Below are positions 1 to 9,304 of a stretch of DNA of 64,000 bases, one piece after another. The DNA is taken from the NCBI GenBank assembly GCA_050294405.1, contig JBNKOC010000007.1:96001-160000 (forward strand). Reading direction: 5' to 3'. Source of the stretch: Fibrobacteria bacterium (GTDB lineage: Bacteria; Fibrobacterota; Fibrobacteria; UBA11236; JADFYW01). The notes beneath the pieces are model-generated. The model was given only the letters and a program-made list of their open reading frames with translations. It made no database searches and was not told the origin of the DNA. How positions within the stretch are numbered: the stretch's first letter is position 1; each line of letters starts with the position of its first letter. A program made the position numbers and the translations under genes.

Positions 1-2
1 AT

Positions 3-170
3 TATCTCAGGACAAAAGCCTGGGATAAAGCCCAACATTTGATTCATAAAGGTCTTGGTATTTTCCCTAAAGATCCTCAATTACTGTATAACCTTGGCCT
101 TATATACAACAAAAAAGGCATCAAAGATAGCGCCCGGATTTACCTGAAAGAATCCGGAATAAATCTATAA
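3..170 (+). CDS. C-terminal fragment of a TPR-containing protein (runs off the window start)
   Basis: Frame 3 read by hand: YLRTKAWDKAQHLIHKGLGIFPKDPQLLYNLGLIYNKKG...*, a TPR-like pattern (P.D..LLYNLGLIY). Confidence 0.6.
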   Translation, partial: YLRTKAWDKAQHLIHKGLGIFPKDPQLLYNLGLIYNKKGIKDSARIYLKESGINL

Positions 171-1103
171 TCCTCTGTTTTTCAAATCCAATTCTAAAAG
201 GGATTTTTCAAAACTTCGAGGGTTATATCCCAATTCTTTTTTAGCCAGAGAATTGTCTAAATCGGCGTCCTGAATTAGTCCCGAAAGGGTTTGCCAGTTA
301 ATGTTAGTATTGAATTTAACAACGGGTTGCATGGCTTCAATTATTCGTACCAGCAGTTTAGCAGCCCAGACAGGAACCGGAATTATTTTTTTCGAGAGGC
401 CTAATTCTTTCAGAAATATTTGAGCCAACTGCTTAAGGGAATAACTTTCGCCGCCGCTAAAATTGTAAACCTTGCCATAACAAATGGGATTAGCCGGAAC
501 GTTTACCAGGCCAACGAGTATATCGTCAATATGGACGGGCGATTTTTTAGCCACGCCCCCAGCAGGTAAAAATAATAGGCTTGCCTGCTTAACATAATTA
601 AAAAAGCGGTTAAACTCCTCTGCGCCGGTTTTATTATAAGCCAAAGTAGGCCGAATTATGGTGTAGTTGCCGCTCCAGTTTTTTACGGCTTGCTCTGCCA
701 TTTGCTTGGAGCGCGAATAGGCATTGCTAAGGGAGTATGTTACCGAGGCAGAGGATATAAAGATAAAATGCTGCACCCCGGCTTTTTCACTGGCCTCAAG
801 CATATTTACCGTACCCTGGTAGTTCACCTCTTGGTAAATTTTGGGATTAAAGGCCGACAAGAGCACCGCAGCCATATGGATAACACAGTTCACCCCCTCC
901 AAAGCGTTGTTTAAAGAATTGGGATGGGTAACATCTCCTTTAAAAATTTGCGCGCCTGAATTTTGAATTCGGCCAAGTTCCGGGTCCAATTCCATTACCA
1001 ATAGGCGAACCCTTGCCCCGCTTGTTTGCAAAAGTTTAAAAAGCCGAAGCCCCATTGCACCCGTGCCACCGGTAATCAGAATTTGTTGATTATGGAGGTC
1101 CAT
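165..1103 (-). CDS. NAD-dependent epimerase/dehydratase (extended SDR)
   Basis: ILITGGTGAMG Rossmann motif, FISSAS, catalytic YSRSK (YxxxK). Confidence 0.9.
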   Translation of the reverse strand: MDLHNQQILITGGTGAMGLRLFKLLQTSGARVRLLVMELDPELGRIQNSGAQIFKGDVTHPNSLNNALEGVNCVIHMAAVLLSAFNPKIYQEVNYQGTVNMLEASEKAGVQHFIFISSASVTYSLSNAYSRSKQMAEQAVKNWSGNYTIIRPTLAYNKTGAEEFNRFFNYVKQASLLFLPAGGVAKKSPVHIDDILVGLVNVPANPICYGKVYNFSGGESYSLKQLAQIFLKELGLSKKIIPVPVWAAKLLVRIIEAMQPVVKFNTNINWQTLSGLIQDADLDNSLAKKELGYNPRSFEKSLLELDLKNRGL

Positions 1104-1842
1104 ACTTCAGGTATTTGTTCCCAAAAAATACATAACCCCAAAGAACTTTGAGCACCCGAATTCCATAGCCAATAGGGCTTAAATGGGATTCTTCGTCAGC
1201 ATAGCGAGTGGGAATTCCAATTTCTCCGATGGAAAGTCCATTTTTGCGCGCGGCTGCTATCATTTCTAAATCAAAATCAAAACTATGGCTAAGTGATTTA
1301 AAAGGAATAACTTGAAGAGTTTTTTTACTGTAACACAAAAAGCCACTGTGATAATCGCTAAGAGAAAGTTTAAACACCCAATTTTCCAACAAGCAAAGAA
1401 TTTTGCCAGCCACATATTTATAGAGAGGCATCCCGCCTTGAAGAGCCATTTTGCCTTTCATTCTCGAACCCTGGACAATATCCAGCTTGTGTTCCTCTGC
1501 AAAATCCACCATTTCCAGAATATACTCCGGCGGATACTGGCCATCTGCGTGGAGGCATACAATATAATCACCCTCTCCATCCAAGGCACTTTTTAAGCCA
1601 ATTTTAACGGTTTCCCCATAACCCAGATTTTTTGGGTTCTCCAAACACTGTAGCTTCGGGTATTTATTTTCCAAGCTTGAAATAACCTTGGCCGTATCGT
1701 CGCTGCTGCCGTCGTTAATAACCACAAGCTGGGAAACCCTTTGCCAGCAGGCCTCATCCATCCTATCCAACACTTTTTCCAGATGATTCTGAGCATTGTA
1801 GGCGGGTATAAAAATATGAATTTTAGGCTTATGGTTTAACAT
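1090..1842 (-). CDS. Glycosyltransferase family 2 (DPM1-like)
   Basis: IPAYN, INDGSSDDT, NLGYG, HADGQY, GSR and SDYHSGF motifs. Confidence 0.92.
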   Translation of the reverse strand: MLNHKPKIHIFIPAYNAQNHLEKVLDRMDEACWQRVSQLVVINDGSSDDTAKVISSLENKYPKLQCLENPKNLGYGETVKIGLKSALDGEGDYIVCLHADGQYPPEYILEMVDFAEEHKLDIVQGSRMKGKMALQGGMPLYKYVAGKILCLLENWVFKLSLSDYHSGFLCYSKKTLQVIPFKSLSHSFDFDLEMIAAARKNGLSIGEIGIPTRYADEESHLSPIGYGIRVLKVLWGYVFFGNKYLKYGPP

Positions 1843-2026
1843 GGACCAGTTTCAATTTAAGTAAAATTTTTTAGAATTTCCTTTTCCACAATATCCTTAA
1901 TTAATGCCCAAAATGCGGGATATCCTCTTGCGCAAAATCGATTCAGGACTAAATTAAAAGGTACGGGGAATTGAGGGATTCCGATATTTTACATTGTAAC
2001 ACATAGAATTTACCCTGGGTCTGAAG

Positions 2027-3277
2027 TTGAAAAATAAACACAGCATTGCATTGGCTTTAATCATAGCCGGAGCCCTGTTTACCGGGCATTATCTCAGCAA
2101 ACCTAAAACAGAAGGTTACCCCCTTCTTCCCATGACTCCTTGGTCTGCCATTGGCGGCTGTGGAGTTGGTGGGGCCGGTGATAAAGGTGGGGCTGCATTG
2201 GAATGGGTAGGTCAAGGTGTGTCCGGCGGTTATATCGACTTTGAGGCAATGCCTTCTCTGGGGGTAAATTCAAATGAAACATATGGCGGAATGGTTGAAA
2301 CCAAATCTTTTACTCTGCCCCTTAATTTTTATGCGAAATGGAACTCCTTAAATTTAGGATTGCAGATGCCCCTTAAATCCGTCACCTTTGAGGAAGGCAA
2401 TTACACCACTGCTGGCTTTGGAGACATCAGCCTTTTGTTGGGAAGCAACCTCGGAGCATACAACCAATACAACCTGCAATTTAGCCTGGGGCTTCCCACG
2501 GGCAGATACGATATACATGACAAGGTCCATCACATTATGGATAACTCTGGACAATTGGGGTCCGGGGTTTTTATGGGAAACCTCCAATTGACCCGGACTT
2601 TTGACCGAGACTGGGGTATTTTTATGCTAGGTGTAAATTATTCTGCCGGACTTATGTACTTAAAAGCTGTGGACTGGACATACGATTCAACTTTGGTTCG
2701 GGTTGTGGCCTCAAAGAGAGAGTTGGCTTCGGCCCGAACAAATACATTTGGCTGGCAAAACGATGTGCTCACAGAAAATTCGGATAACTTTGGCTTTAAG
2801 GCCATAATGGGCATTAAAAGCGACCGAATATTTCATTCCTTTCATTTAACAGGTTCCATTCCCTTACAGGGAACCAACAAATACGCCAGCAACATATCCT
2901 ATTCCAGAATCGATTCCTTTCTGGTTTTTCAAAATTCGCCGGGCCCCAATGTATGGAGCGAGGCAGAAGCCCGTACTTTTTTGGACACTGCAACTACGCA
3001 AAACAGCAACGGGGACAGAGTGCCAAAATATCAGAATGTCCAGTTCGCCAATGCTGAGGCAACCAGCAGCGGTGAAATCAGATATTGGTTCGCCGACAGA
3101 CAATTAACATCCTATAAAGTTTGGCCATCCATAACATTAGGTTACGGCCAGGAAATTTTTAACGACGGCTTTCCTGTTTTTTGGGGAGTCAGCCTGCCTT
3201 TTGAGTTTGACAAAGAAACAGGATACGGTTTTACCGGATTTGCCGTGCAAGTTGGTATCAAATCGGTGGTTTATTAG
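2027..3277 (+). CDS. Exported, probably outer-membrane beta-barrel protein (transporter-like)
   Basis: Signal peptide; GFGDISL, LGLPTGRYD and QLGSG motifs typical of MetA-pathway-like barrels; C-terminal aromatic residue. Confidence 0.5.
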   Translation: MKNKHSIALALIIAGALFTGHYLSKPKTEGYPLLPMTPWSAIGGCGVGGAGDKGGAALEWVGQGVSGGYIDFEAMPSLGVNSNETYGGMVETKSFTLPLNFYAKWNSLNLGLQMPLKSVTFEEGNYTTAGFGDISLLLGSNLGAYNQYNLQFSLGLPTGRYDIHDKVHHIMDNSGQLGSGVFMGNLQLTRTFDRDWGIFMLGVNYSAGLMYLKAVDWTYDSTLVRVVASKRELASARTNTFGWQNDVLTENSDNFGFKAIMGIKSDRIFHSFHLTGSIPLQGTNKYASNISYSRIDSFLVFQNSPGPNVWSEAEARTFLDTATTQNSNGDRVPKYQNVQFANAEATSSGEIRYWFADRQLTSYKVWPSITLGYGQEIFNDGFPVFWGVSLPFEFDKETGYGFTGFAVQVGIKSVVY

Positions 3278-3310
3278 TTCCAGCGGGCTTTTTTTTCGGG
3301 GGAGGAAAAA

Positions 3311-4375
3311 ATGAAATTTATATACGCAAGTTTATTCGCAGCGCTCATGTATCTGAATGCTTCGGCTATTTTATTGGATGGCGTTGAAGTACCTAAAGAT
3401 AAATTTATTGTATATGTTCTTATCGGCCATTCCAATATGGGTGGCAGCACGGCGGCCTATGCGGATGAAGTGACCCATCCCCGCGCCTGGAACTTTCGCT
3501 GGTTTGATGAAAACAACTGGGTTTTAGCTAAAGAAACAGGGCCAGGCCTTTCTGGTGGCCTATCCGGACGCACTAACGGCGGTCTGGGAATGTGGTTTTT
3601 AAAAATGATGGTGGAAGAATATCCCGATTACTATTTCGGGGTTATTGTGACAGCCTCTCTTTCCAGCACCTGCAAAGCAGTAAACACAGGCAACAACACC
3701 TCCCAATTTACCCGCGAAGAAAACCGTTGGACCCGAGGAACCCCCCTTTACGAAGAAACCATTACGGCGGTTAATCGCGTTAAAGCAGAAGCTACTTTTG
3801 GAGGACTTATGTGCATGTTAGGCGCCGTGGAGGGCACTCGGGTTCCCGCTGATGAGCAACAGAGATTTTCCGATGATATTGCCGAAATGGTAGCTACCAT
3901 GAGAGAGGATATGGGCATTGAAAAACTGCCTTTCTTTATGGGGCAGTACGAAGAAGACGCCTACGGAAGCTTTTCCATTGAACTTCCGGGCCCCAAAATT
4001 GTTTACGACCAATCTAATTTGGTTCCCTCTAAAGTTGAGAACTCTGTTTTAGTTCTATCTGGCGGGGTGGAAATGCTGGACGATCACCATTTCAGACCTT
4101 CTACAGATGGATACGGAGAGTGGGCCCGCCGCGCTTTGGCCCATATGAAGGAACAAAATTGGGAACCCCCTCAATTGCAGGGCTATTACGACGGTACTTC
4201 TACTATTCAATTTGGAGAGCAAAAGCCGCAAAACTTTCAGCTAAATAATACGGGCAACCAAAAGCTTTACAGCATTTCAGGGCAACTTAAAGTCTCTAAT
4301 ACCGAGCTTGGAAAAAACGCCAACCTACCAACCGGGATATATGTGGGTTCCGGCAAAAAAGATCTTCAAAAATAA
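3311..4375 (+). CDS. Secreted SGNH esterase (SASA/CE6 acetylxylan esterase-like) with short C-terminal sorting-like tail
   Basis: Signal peptide, LIGHSNMGG (GxSNM) nucleophile motif, DDHHF (DxxH); tail KLYSISGQL...LPTGIYV; strong GGAGG RBS. Confidence 0.75.
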   Translation: MKFIYASLFAALMYLNASAILLDGVEVPKDKFIVYVLIGHSNMGGSTAAYADEVTHPRAWNFRWFDENNWVLAKETGPGLSGGLSGRTNGGLGMWFLKMMVEEYPDYYFGVIVTASLSSTCKAVNTGNNTSQFTREENRWTRGTPLYEETITAVNRVKAEATFGGLMCMLGAVEGTRVPADEQQRFSDDIAEMVATMREDMGIEKLPFFMGQYEEDAYGSFSIELPGPKIVYDQSNLVPSKVENSVLVLSGGVEMLDDHHFRPSTDGYGEWARRALAHMKEQNWEPPQLQGYYDGTSTIQFGEQKPQNFQLNNTGNQKLYSISGQLKVSNTELGKNANLPTGIYVGSGKKDLQK

Positions 4376-4428
4376 TTTTTGATGTTGCAGGCTCGCGTAC
4401 CCGCAACAAGCTTTATTGAAGGCTGTTA

Positions 4429-5370
4429 TTACTTGCTGGGAAAAAATATTTCAGTAACCAAATCTTTTTCTTCCACTTCTTTAGGATCACTTACATAGAC
4501 CTCGTAGGAAGGTACAGATTTTTTCTGTTTGATTTTCGCCCAACGCAAATAATTCATTCCGGTAGACCAGCCATTACCTAAATGCTTGTAAGCGCCTTTG
4601 TGAATAATTTTTAGGGCCTTATGTTCTGGAATATCACCTGTGACAACGGTGGAATCCGGAGCTTCTTTGGGGGCTGAATAACCCAATGCCGTGACGTAGT
4701 GGCATATGTTATTGGCCATATCAAACTTTTTATAAATAGAGAGAACTTTTTCTGGCTTGTCCAGTTTGCCTTCACCTACCATCACACCAAGGGCGGCTAA
4801 ATCTTCCCGCATGGCTGGACCAATATCGGCCAGGGTACTTTGTCTTTCTTTGCCCACATAGTAAAAGCCTTTTTGCTCTACTCCGGTATCCACGCTGAAA
4901 GAACTTAAAATTTCACCTTTTTCAATGAAGTCTTTAAGCATGTTAAGACCCCGAACATAATCATTGCCTACCCAGGCATTCATCATTTTTTTCATCCAGA
5001 ATAAAAAGACGGGCAATGTTCCCTGCATATCCCAGGTCAATTCAGTGTGGGCTCCGCTGGGGCTAAAAATAAAACTTACCTTGCTATAACTTTTCCAGGG
5101 TTTTAAGAAATGCAAATCATAGTGGATAGCCTTGTTTTCTTCTAGCGATTTAATTTCCATACTGCCAGCCCCAATTTTATCTCCAGCCCATTCCTGAAAG
5201 TGGCCAGGTTTTCCAGCTTCATTTTTGACCTCTACAGGGCAATTGGGTTCCATGTAAAGCCAGGGGGACCAACTTGGCCAAGTTTTAAAATCGGAAACAA
5301 CTTTAAAAACTTCCTCAATTGGTTTTTCGATAATAATGGAACGCGACAAATTAAAAGGAATTTTAAACAT
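4429..5370 (-). CDS. SRPBCC domain + GyrI-like small-molecule-binding protein
   Basis: N-terminal DFKTWPSWSPW; C-terminal HKGAYKHL and YEVYVSDP...LVTEIFFP. Confidence 0.85.
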   Translation of the reverse strand: MFKIPFNLSRSIIIEKPIEEVFKVVSDFKTWPSWSPWLYMEPNCPVEVKNEAGKPGHFQEWAGDKIGAGSMEIKSLEENKAIHYDLHFLKPWKSYSKVSFIFSPSGAHTELTWDMQGTLPVFLFWMKKMMNAWVGNDYVRGLNMLKDFIEKGEILSSFSVDTGVEQKGFYYVGKERQSTLADIGPAMREDLAALGVMVGEGKLDKPEKVLSIYKKFDMANNICHYVTALGYSAPKEAPDSTVVTGDIPEHKALKIIHKGAYKHLGNGWSTGMNYLRWAKIKQKKSVPSYEVYVSDPKEVEEKDLVTEIFFPSK

Positions 5371-5455
5371 GATTCGAGCCTCCCGATTGTTATTTAGGGG
5401 AAAATTAGAAACTGACGAAGCAGAAATTGAAAAAAAAAATTATTTTTAGTTTGAA

Positions 5456-5830
5456 ATGAAAAAGAAAAAAAACCAAGCGATTCCTAAACTATTGAGTTTT
5501 GCGCTTATTTTTACCATTGCCATTCTTTTTCCGGCCCTTTCCATCCACCATTCCTGGGAACATCTCGAAGTTAAACATCATGATATTGAAAAAACGGGCC
5601 AGTTTCACCACTATTCCACGATAAGTTTCACAAAATCACACCATCATATTTTTGATCCTGATTGCGAATGGTGCACATTACATTGCAGTCAAAAAATCAT
5701 TGGCCCGTCAAGCAAAGCTTCAAAATTTTATTTCAAAAAGCCATCAAACAAATCATCCAATAATTCCAATATGGTAATTATTGAGCATGTTTTTAAAAAC
5801 CAGATTCCCAGAGCTCCTCCCCTGGCTTAA
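5456..5830 (+). CDS. DUF2946/CruR-like His-rich leader protein with CxxC and C-terminal RAPP motif
   Basis: Hydrophobic N-terminus, His-rich, CEWC, ends IPRAPPLA; directly upstream of a metal-uptake operon. Confidence 0.7.
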   Translation: MKKKKNQAIPKLLSFALIFTIAILFPALSIHHSWEHLEVKHHDIEKTGQFHHYSTISFTKSHHHIFDPDCEWCTLHCSQKIIGPSSKASKFYFKKPSNKSSNNSNMVIIEHVFKNQIPRAPPLA

Positions 5831-5914
5831 GCCACCCCACTTCAGTCAAATCTTAATTGCACAGCTTACCTTATAGGGTAAAGCTCGGTTTAAACCATAA
5901 ACATTGGAGTTTTT

Positions 5915-7090
5915 ATGCATAAATGGCTTTATGCTTTGCTGCTCATAAATATTGTTGCGGCGAATAATAGCAAACTTTTAAACCCGGATATTTCTGCCTC
6001 GGTTTTAATGTCGGCAGCCTGGTTTTCAGAACATGAAAGTTACTCACTGGGAGGGCATGATCCATCCAGCCTTGGGTTTAATTTTCAAAACCTGGAATTA
6101 GTCCTCTCTGAAAATGTGGACCCCTGGTTTTTTGCGCAAATAAACGCAATTGCCTTAATAAAAAATGGGGAAAGTATTTTTGAGCTGGAAGAGGCCTTTG
6201 CCCAATCCACCAGCTTGCCCTTGTTTTTAACTTTAAAATTGGGGCAGTTTTATACCAATACAGGGCGATTTAATTCCCTTCATCCCCATGCCTGGGATTT
6301 TGCCGACCAATCTTTTATTCATACTTACATATTCGGCTCTGATGGCCTCCGGGGCCCAGGCGCACAACTTTCCTGGCTCATTCCTCTGCCGTTTTACTGG
6401 AATGTTAGCCTAAGTTCGCAACAAGCCGAAGGGCAAACAGCTCACTCCTTTTTAGCCAGCGAACACGCACATGGAGAACATGAGGAGTCTGATGAAACCC
6501 AGATGGAAAATGATGTTGCTGAGGGCATCGGAGGTTTTCCACTAATTGAAAGACATACCGAAAAGCTAACAGATTTTGTGTTGCATGCCCGCAGTGAACT
6601 ATCCCATGACTTTAATTCCAGCACCAGTTTTTTATTTGGAGCAGATTATCTTAATGGACCTAATAATCAGGGAACTGAGAACCGAACCAAAATATATTCC
6701 GGAGATTTTTTTATTAAATGGAAATCCCAAAGGGCAAGATTAGGCTTTCCCTTTTTTAAAATTCAATGGGAAGCTCTTTTCCGGGATTTTGAAGCCGGAC
6801 CAAACAGGCTAAACATATATGATTATGGCTTAATCTCTCAACTGGTTTGGGGGTTTAAAGAGCGCTGGGCTCTGGGGCTTCGGGCAGAATATGGGGACTC
6901 TGAAAATGGAGAACGGTATTTTGAAAGAATGCAACGAGAACGCTATAGTTGGAATGTTAGTTTCTTTCCCAGTGAATATTCAAAAATAAGATTGCAACAC
7001 AATTGGGACACAGGGGAAATAGAAACACTCCACAGCATTTACCTTCAATTTGAATTTAACATTGGGCCCCACGGCGCTCACAATTTTTAA
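5915..7090 (+). CDS. Zinc-regulated outer-membrane beta-barrel protein
   Basis: LNPDIS, GGHDP, ELEEAF, GRFNSLHPHAWDFAD, His/Glu loop, C-terminal IGPHGAHNF. Confidence 0.8.
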   Translation: MHKWLYALLLINIVAANNSKLLNPDISASVLMSAAWFSEHESYSLGGHDPSSLGFNFQNLELVLSENVDPWFFAQINAIALIKNGESIFELEEAFAQSTSLPLFLTLKLGQFYTNTGRFNSLHPHAWDFADQSFIHTYIFGSDGLRGPGAQLSWLIPLPFYWNVSLSSQQAEGQTAHSFLASEHAHGEHEESDETQMENDVAEGIGGFPLIERHTEKLTDFVLHARSELSHDFNSSTSFLFGADYLNGPNNQGTENRTKIYSGDFFIKWKSQRARLGFPFFKIQWEALFRDFEAGPNRLNIYDYGLISQLVWGFKERWALGLRAEYGDSENGERYFERMQRERYSWNVSFFPSEYSKIRLQHNWDTGEIETLHSIYLQFEFNIGPHGAHNF

Positions 7091-7102
7091 GGGGGTATAA
7101 AT

Positions 7103-7987
7103 ATGAAAAAATTTATCGCCAATCTGATAATCATAATGGCGGGAATGCTTTACGCATCCCCCATAAAAATAATCACCACCACTTCGGATTTTGCCGCCTT
7201 AGCCCGGGAAATAGGCGGCTCTCATGTTGTGGTTGAAAACCTGGTCCCTCCTAAAAGCGATCCCCATTTTATGGACCCCAAACCCAGTTTTGTAGTAAAA
7301 CTAAGACAGGCAGACATATTAATGGTAGGAGGTAAGGCACTTGAAGATTCCTGGCTTTCCTCTCTCCTTAAAAAAAGCTCCAATCCAAATATTCAGCCCG
7401 GAGCCAGGGGCTATTTTGATGGGTCTATCGGTGTTTTTATTTTAGATATAGTAGAAAATCCCGATAGAAGCCACGGCGATATACATGCTTCGGGCAATCC
7501 CCATTATTTATGTTACCCGCAAAACGCCCTTAAAGTAGCCCAAAATTTTTCGGCCAAGTTAATGGAATTTAAACCTGAAGTAAAATCTGAATTCACCGCC
7601 AATTATGAGGCTTTCGCCAAACTCATAAACCCATTATTAAATGAGGTTAGTATCACCCCGGGAGCCAAAATTGTGAGCTTCCATAAAAGCTACGAATATC
7701 TGGCTAAATGTATTGGAGCAGAAATTGTCGGATACATGGAGCCAAAACCCGGAATACCTCCTAACCCTAAACACCTGGCTTCGCTTATTAAGACTATAGA
7801 AGATGCAAAGGCCAGCGCCATATTTATTGAGCCTTACCAAAGAGAAAAATTTGCCAAATTTTTAAAATCAAAAACAGGCGTTCCCTATTACATTGAAGGG
7901 CTGTACCCCGAATCCAACGCCGCAAAGTATAGTACCTTCCTCACTCAATTAATTAAACGTTTCACTGAAAGGTCAAAAGGAAAATAA
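7103..7987 (+). CDS. Zn/Mn ABC transporter substrate-binding protein (ZnuA/TroA family)
   Basis: DPHF, HGDIHASGNPHY, FHKSYEYL, EPKPGIPP. Confidence 0.9.
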   Translation: MKKFIANLIIIMAGMLYASPIKIITTTSDFAALAREIGGSHVVVENLVPPKSDPHFMDPKPSFVVKLRQADILMVGGKALEDSWLSSLLKKSSNPNIQPGARGYFDGSIGVFILDIVENPDRSHGDIHASGNPHYLCYPQNALKVAQNFSAKLMEFKPEVKSEFTANYEAFAKLINPLLNEVSITPGAKIVSFHKSYEYLAKCIGAEIVGYMEPKPGIPPNPKHLASLIKTIEDAKASAIFIEPYQREKFAKFLKSKTGVPYYIEGLYPESNAAKYSTFLTQLIKRFTERSKGK

Positions 7988-7990
7988 ACT

Positions 7991-8794
7991 ATGTACTGGG
8001 AGCTTTTACTTTTACCATTTGTGGCCTGCCTGGTATCGGCTTTGCCCCATTGCTGGTTCGGTATCCATGTATTGAAAAGAGAAATAATATTTATTGATCT
8101 GGCTATTGCGCAAATAGCCGCAATGGGAGCGGCCATTGGTTTATTGGCCGGATTTGAACCGGGAAGTGGGGTCTCTCTGGGCATTAGTTTAGTCTTAACA
8201 TTAATTACCAGCATATTTTTTGCCCTGTTTAAATCAGAAAATAACAATATACCCATTGAAGCTGTCATAGGAATCAGCTATGCGGCCGCCTCTGCCCTAT
8301 CCATTTTAGTATTGGACAAATCTTCGGAAGGAAGCGAACATCTAAAGAATTTTTTAGTGGGAAACATATTAACTGTAGAGTTGAAGGAAATAGGAAAAAT
8401 TACAGCCATATATTTGGGAATAGGTTTTTTTCATTACCTATATCACAAACATTTTACTGGCCGGGCAACAGCCAATATAAAGGCCGTTAATTTTACTTTT
8501 TATCTTTCCTTTGGATTAATGGTGTCTTTTTCTGTAAAAACTCTGGGAGTGTTATTAGTGTTTTCTATGTTGGTTATTCCTGCCGTAGCAGCCCGCATGT
8601 ATGCAAAAAAAATGGGCAAAATGATAGCCATTGCATTTGTCTTTAGCATTATCTCAAGCTTTCTTGGAATTGCTGCCAGTTTCCAGTGGGACTTTCCCAT
8701 GGGAGCTTCGCTGGTGATGGTTTTTACGGTTGTTTTAGTTCTATTTGGGGGTGGAAAGACCCTTTTTGGTTTAAAAAAAAGAGTTGATGGTTAA
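7991..8794 (+). CDS. Zn/Mn ABC transporter permease (ZnuB/ABC-3 family)
   Basis: GIHVLKREIIFIDLAIAQIAAMG, EAVIG, GVLLVFSMLVIPA; multiple TM helices. Confidence 0.88.
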   Translation: MYWELLLLPFVACLVSALPHCWFGIHVLKREIIFIDLAIAQIAAMGAAIGLLAGFEPGSGVSLGISLVLTLITSIFFALFKSENNNIPIEAVIGISYAAASALSILVLDKSSEGSEHLKNFLVGNILTVELKEIGKITAIYLGIGFFHYLYHKHFTGRATANIKAVNFTFYLSFGLMVSFSVKTLGVLLVFSMLVIPAVAARMYAKKMGKMIAIAFVFSIISSFLGIAASFQWDFPMGASLVMVFTVVLVLFGGGKTLFGLKKRVDG

Positions 8795-8825
8795 ATTTAA
8801 AGCCAAAATTGTATATTAACCCTTT

Positions 8826-9230
8826 ATGAAGTTAAATCACAAATATTTTAGTTTTTTGATTGTCCTCGCAATTTTGCATTCTTTTGGAATAGCGGCCCAC
8901 AAAGACATTCTTTGCTTTGAAAGCGATGGCAGCACTAACATTGAATATTTAAAAGCAGACAAGTGTTGCAAAACCAGCCATGCAATACCTTCCTATGTTT
9001 CCATTAGCGAAAAAGACAATTGCCATGGCTGTCAGGACCTTGATGTTAAGGAAAATAAGCAAATTCATGTTAAAGAAAAATCCAGCTTGTCATTTCCAAA
9101 ACCGGCTAGCTTTACCTCGCTCCAATATTATTTGCCAAGTAGTTCTCAAAAAATTACTCCCTCTTACTTCTCCCTACTCCGGCCAATTTTAAGCCTGGAA
9201 CATAAAAAAACCAACGTACTCAGGCTTTAG
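8826..9230 (+). CDS. Small Cys-rich exported/leader-like protein preceding the czc operon
   Basis: Signal-like N-terminus; LCFESDG..IE, KCC, CHGCQD; ends TNVLRL. Confidence 0.6.
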   Translation: MKLNHKYFSFLIVLAILHSFGIAAHKDILCFESDGSTNIEYLKADKCCKTSHAIPSYVSISEKDNCHGCQDLDVKENKQIHVKEKSSLSFPKPASFTSLQYYLPSSSQKITPSYFSLLRPILSLEHKKTNVLRL

Positions 9231-9304
9231 CCACTCCCTCTCCATTATTTCAGGGTTTTAACCCTCGATCGGCACCACGGCCGGTCCTTATTCAATTTTA
9301 ATTT

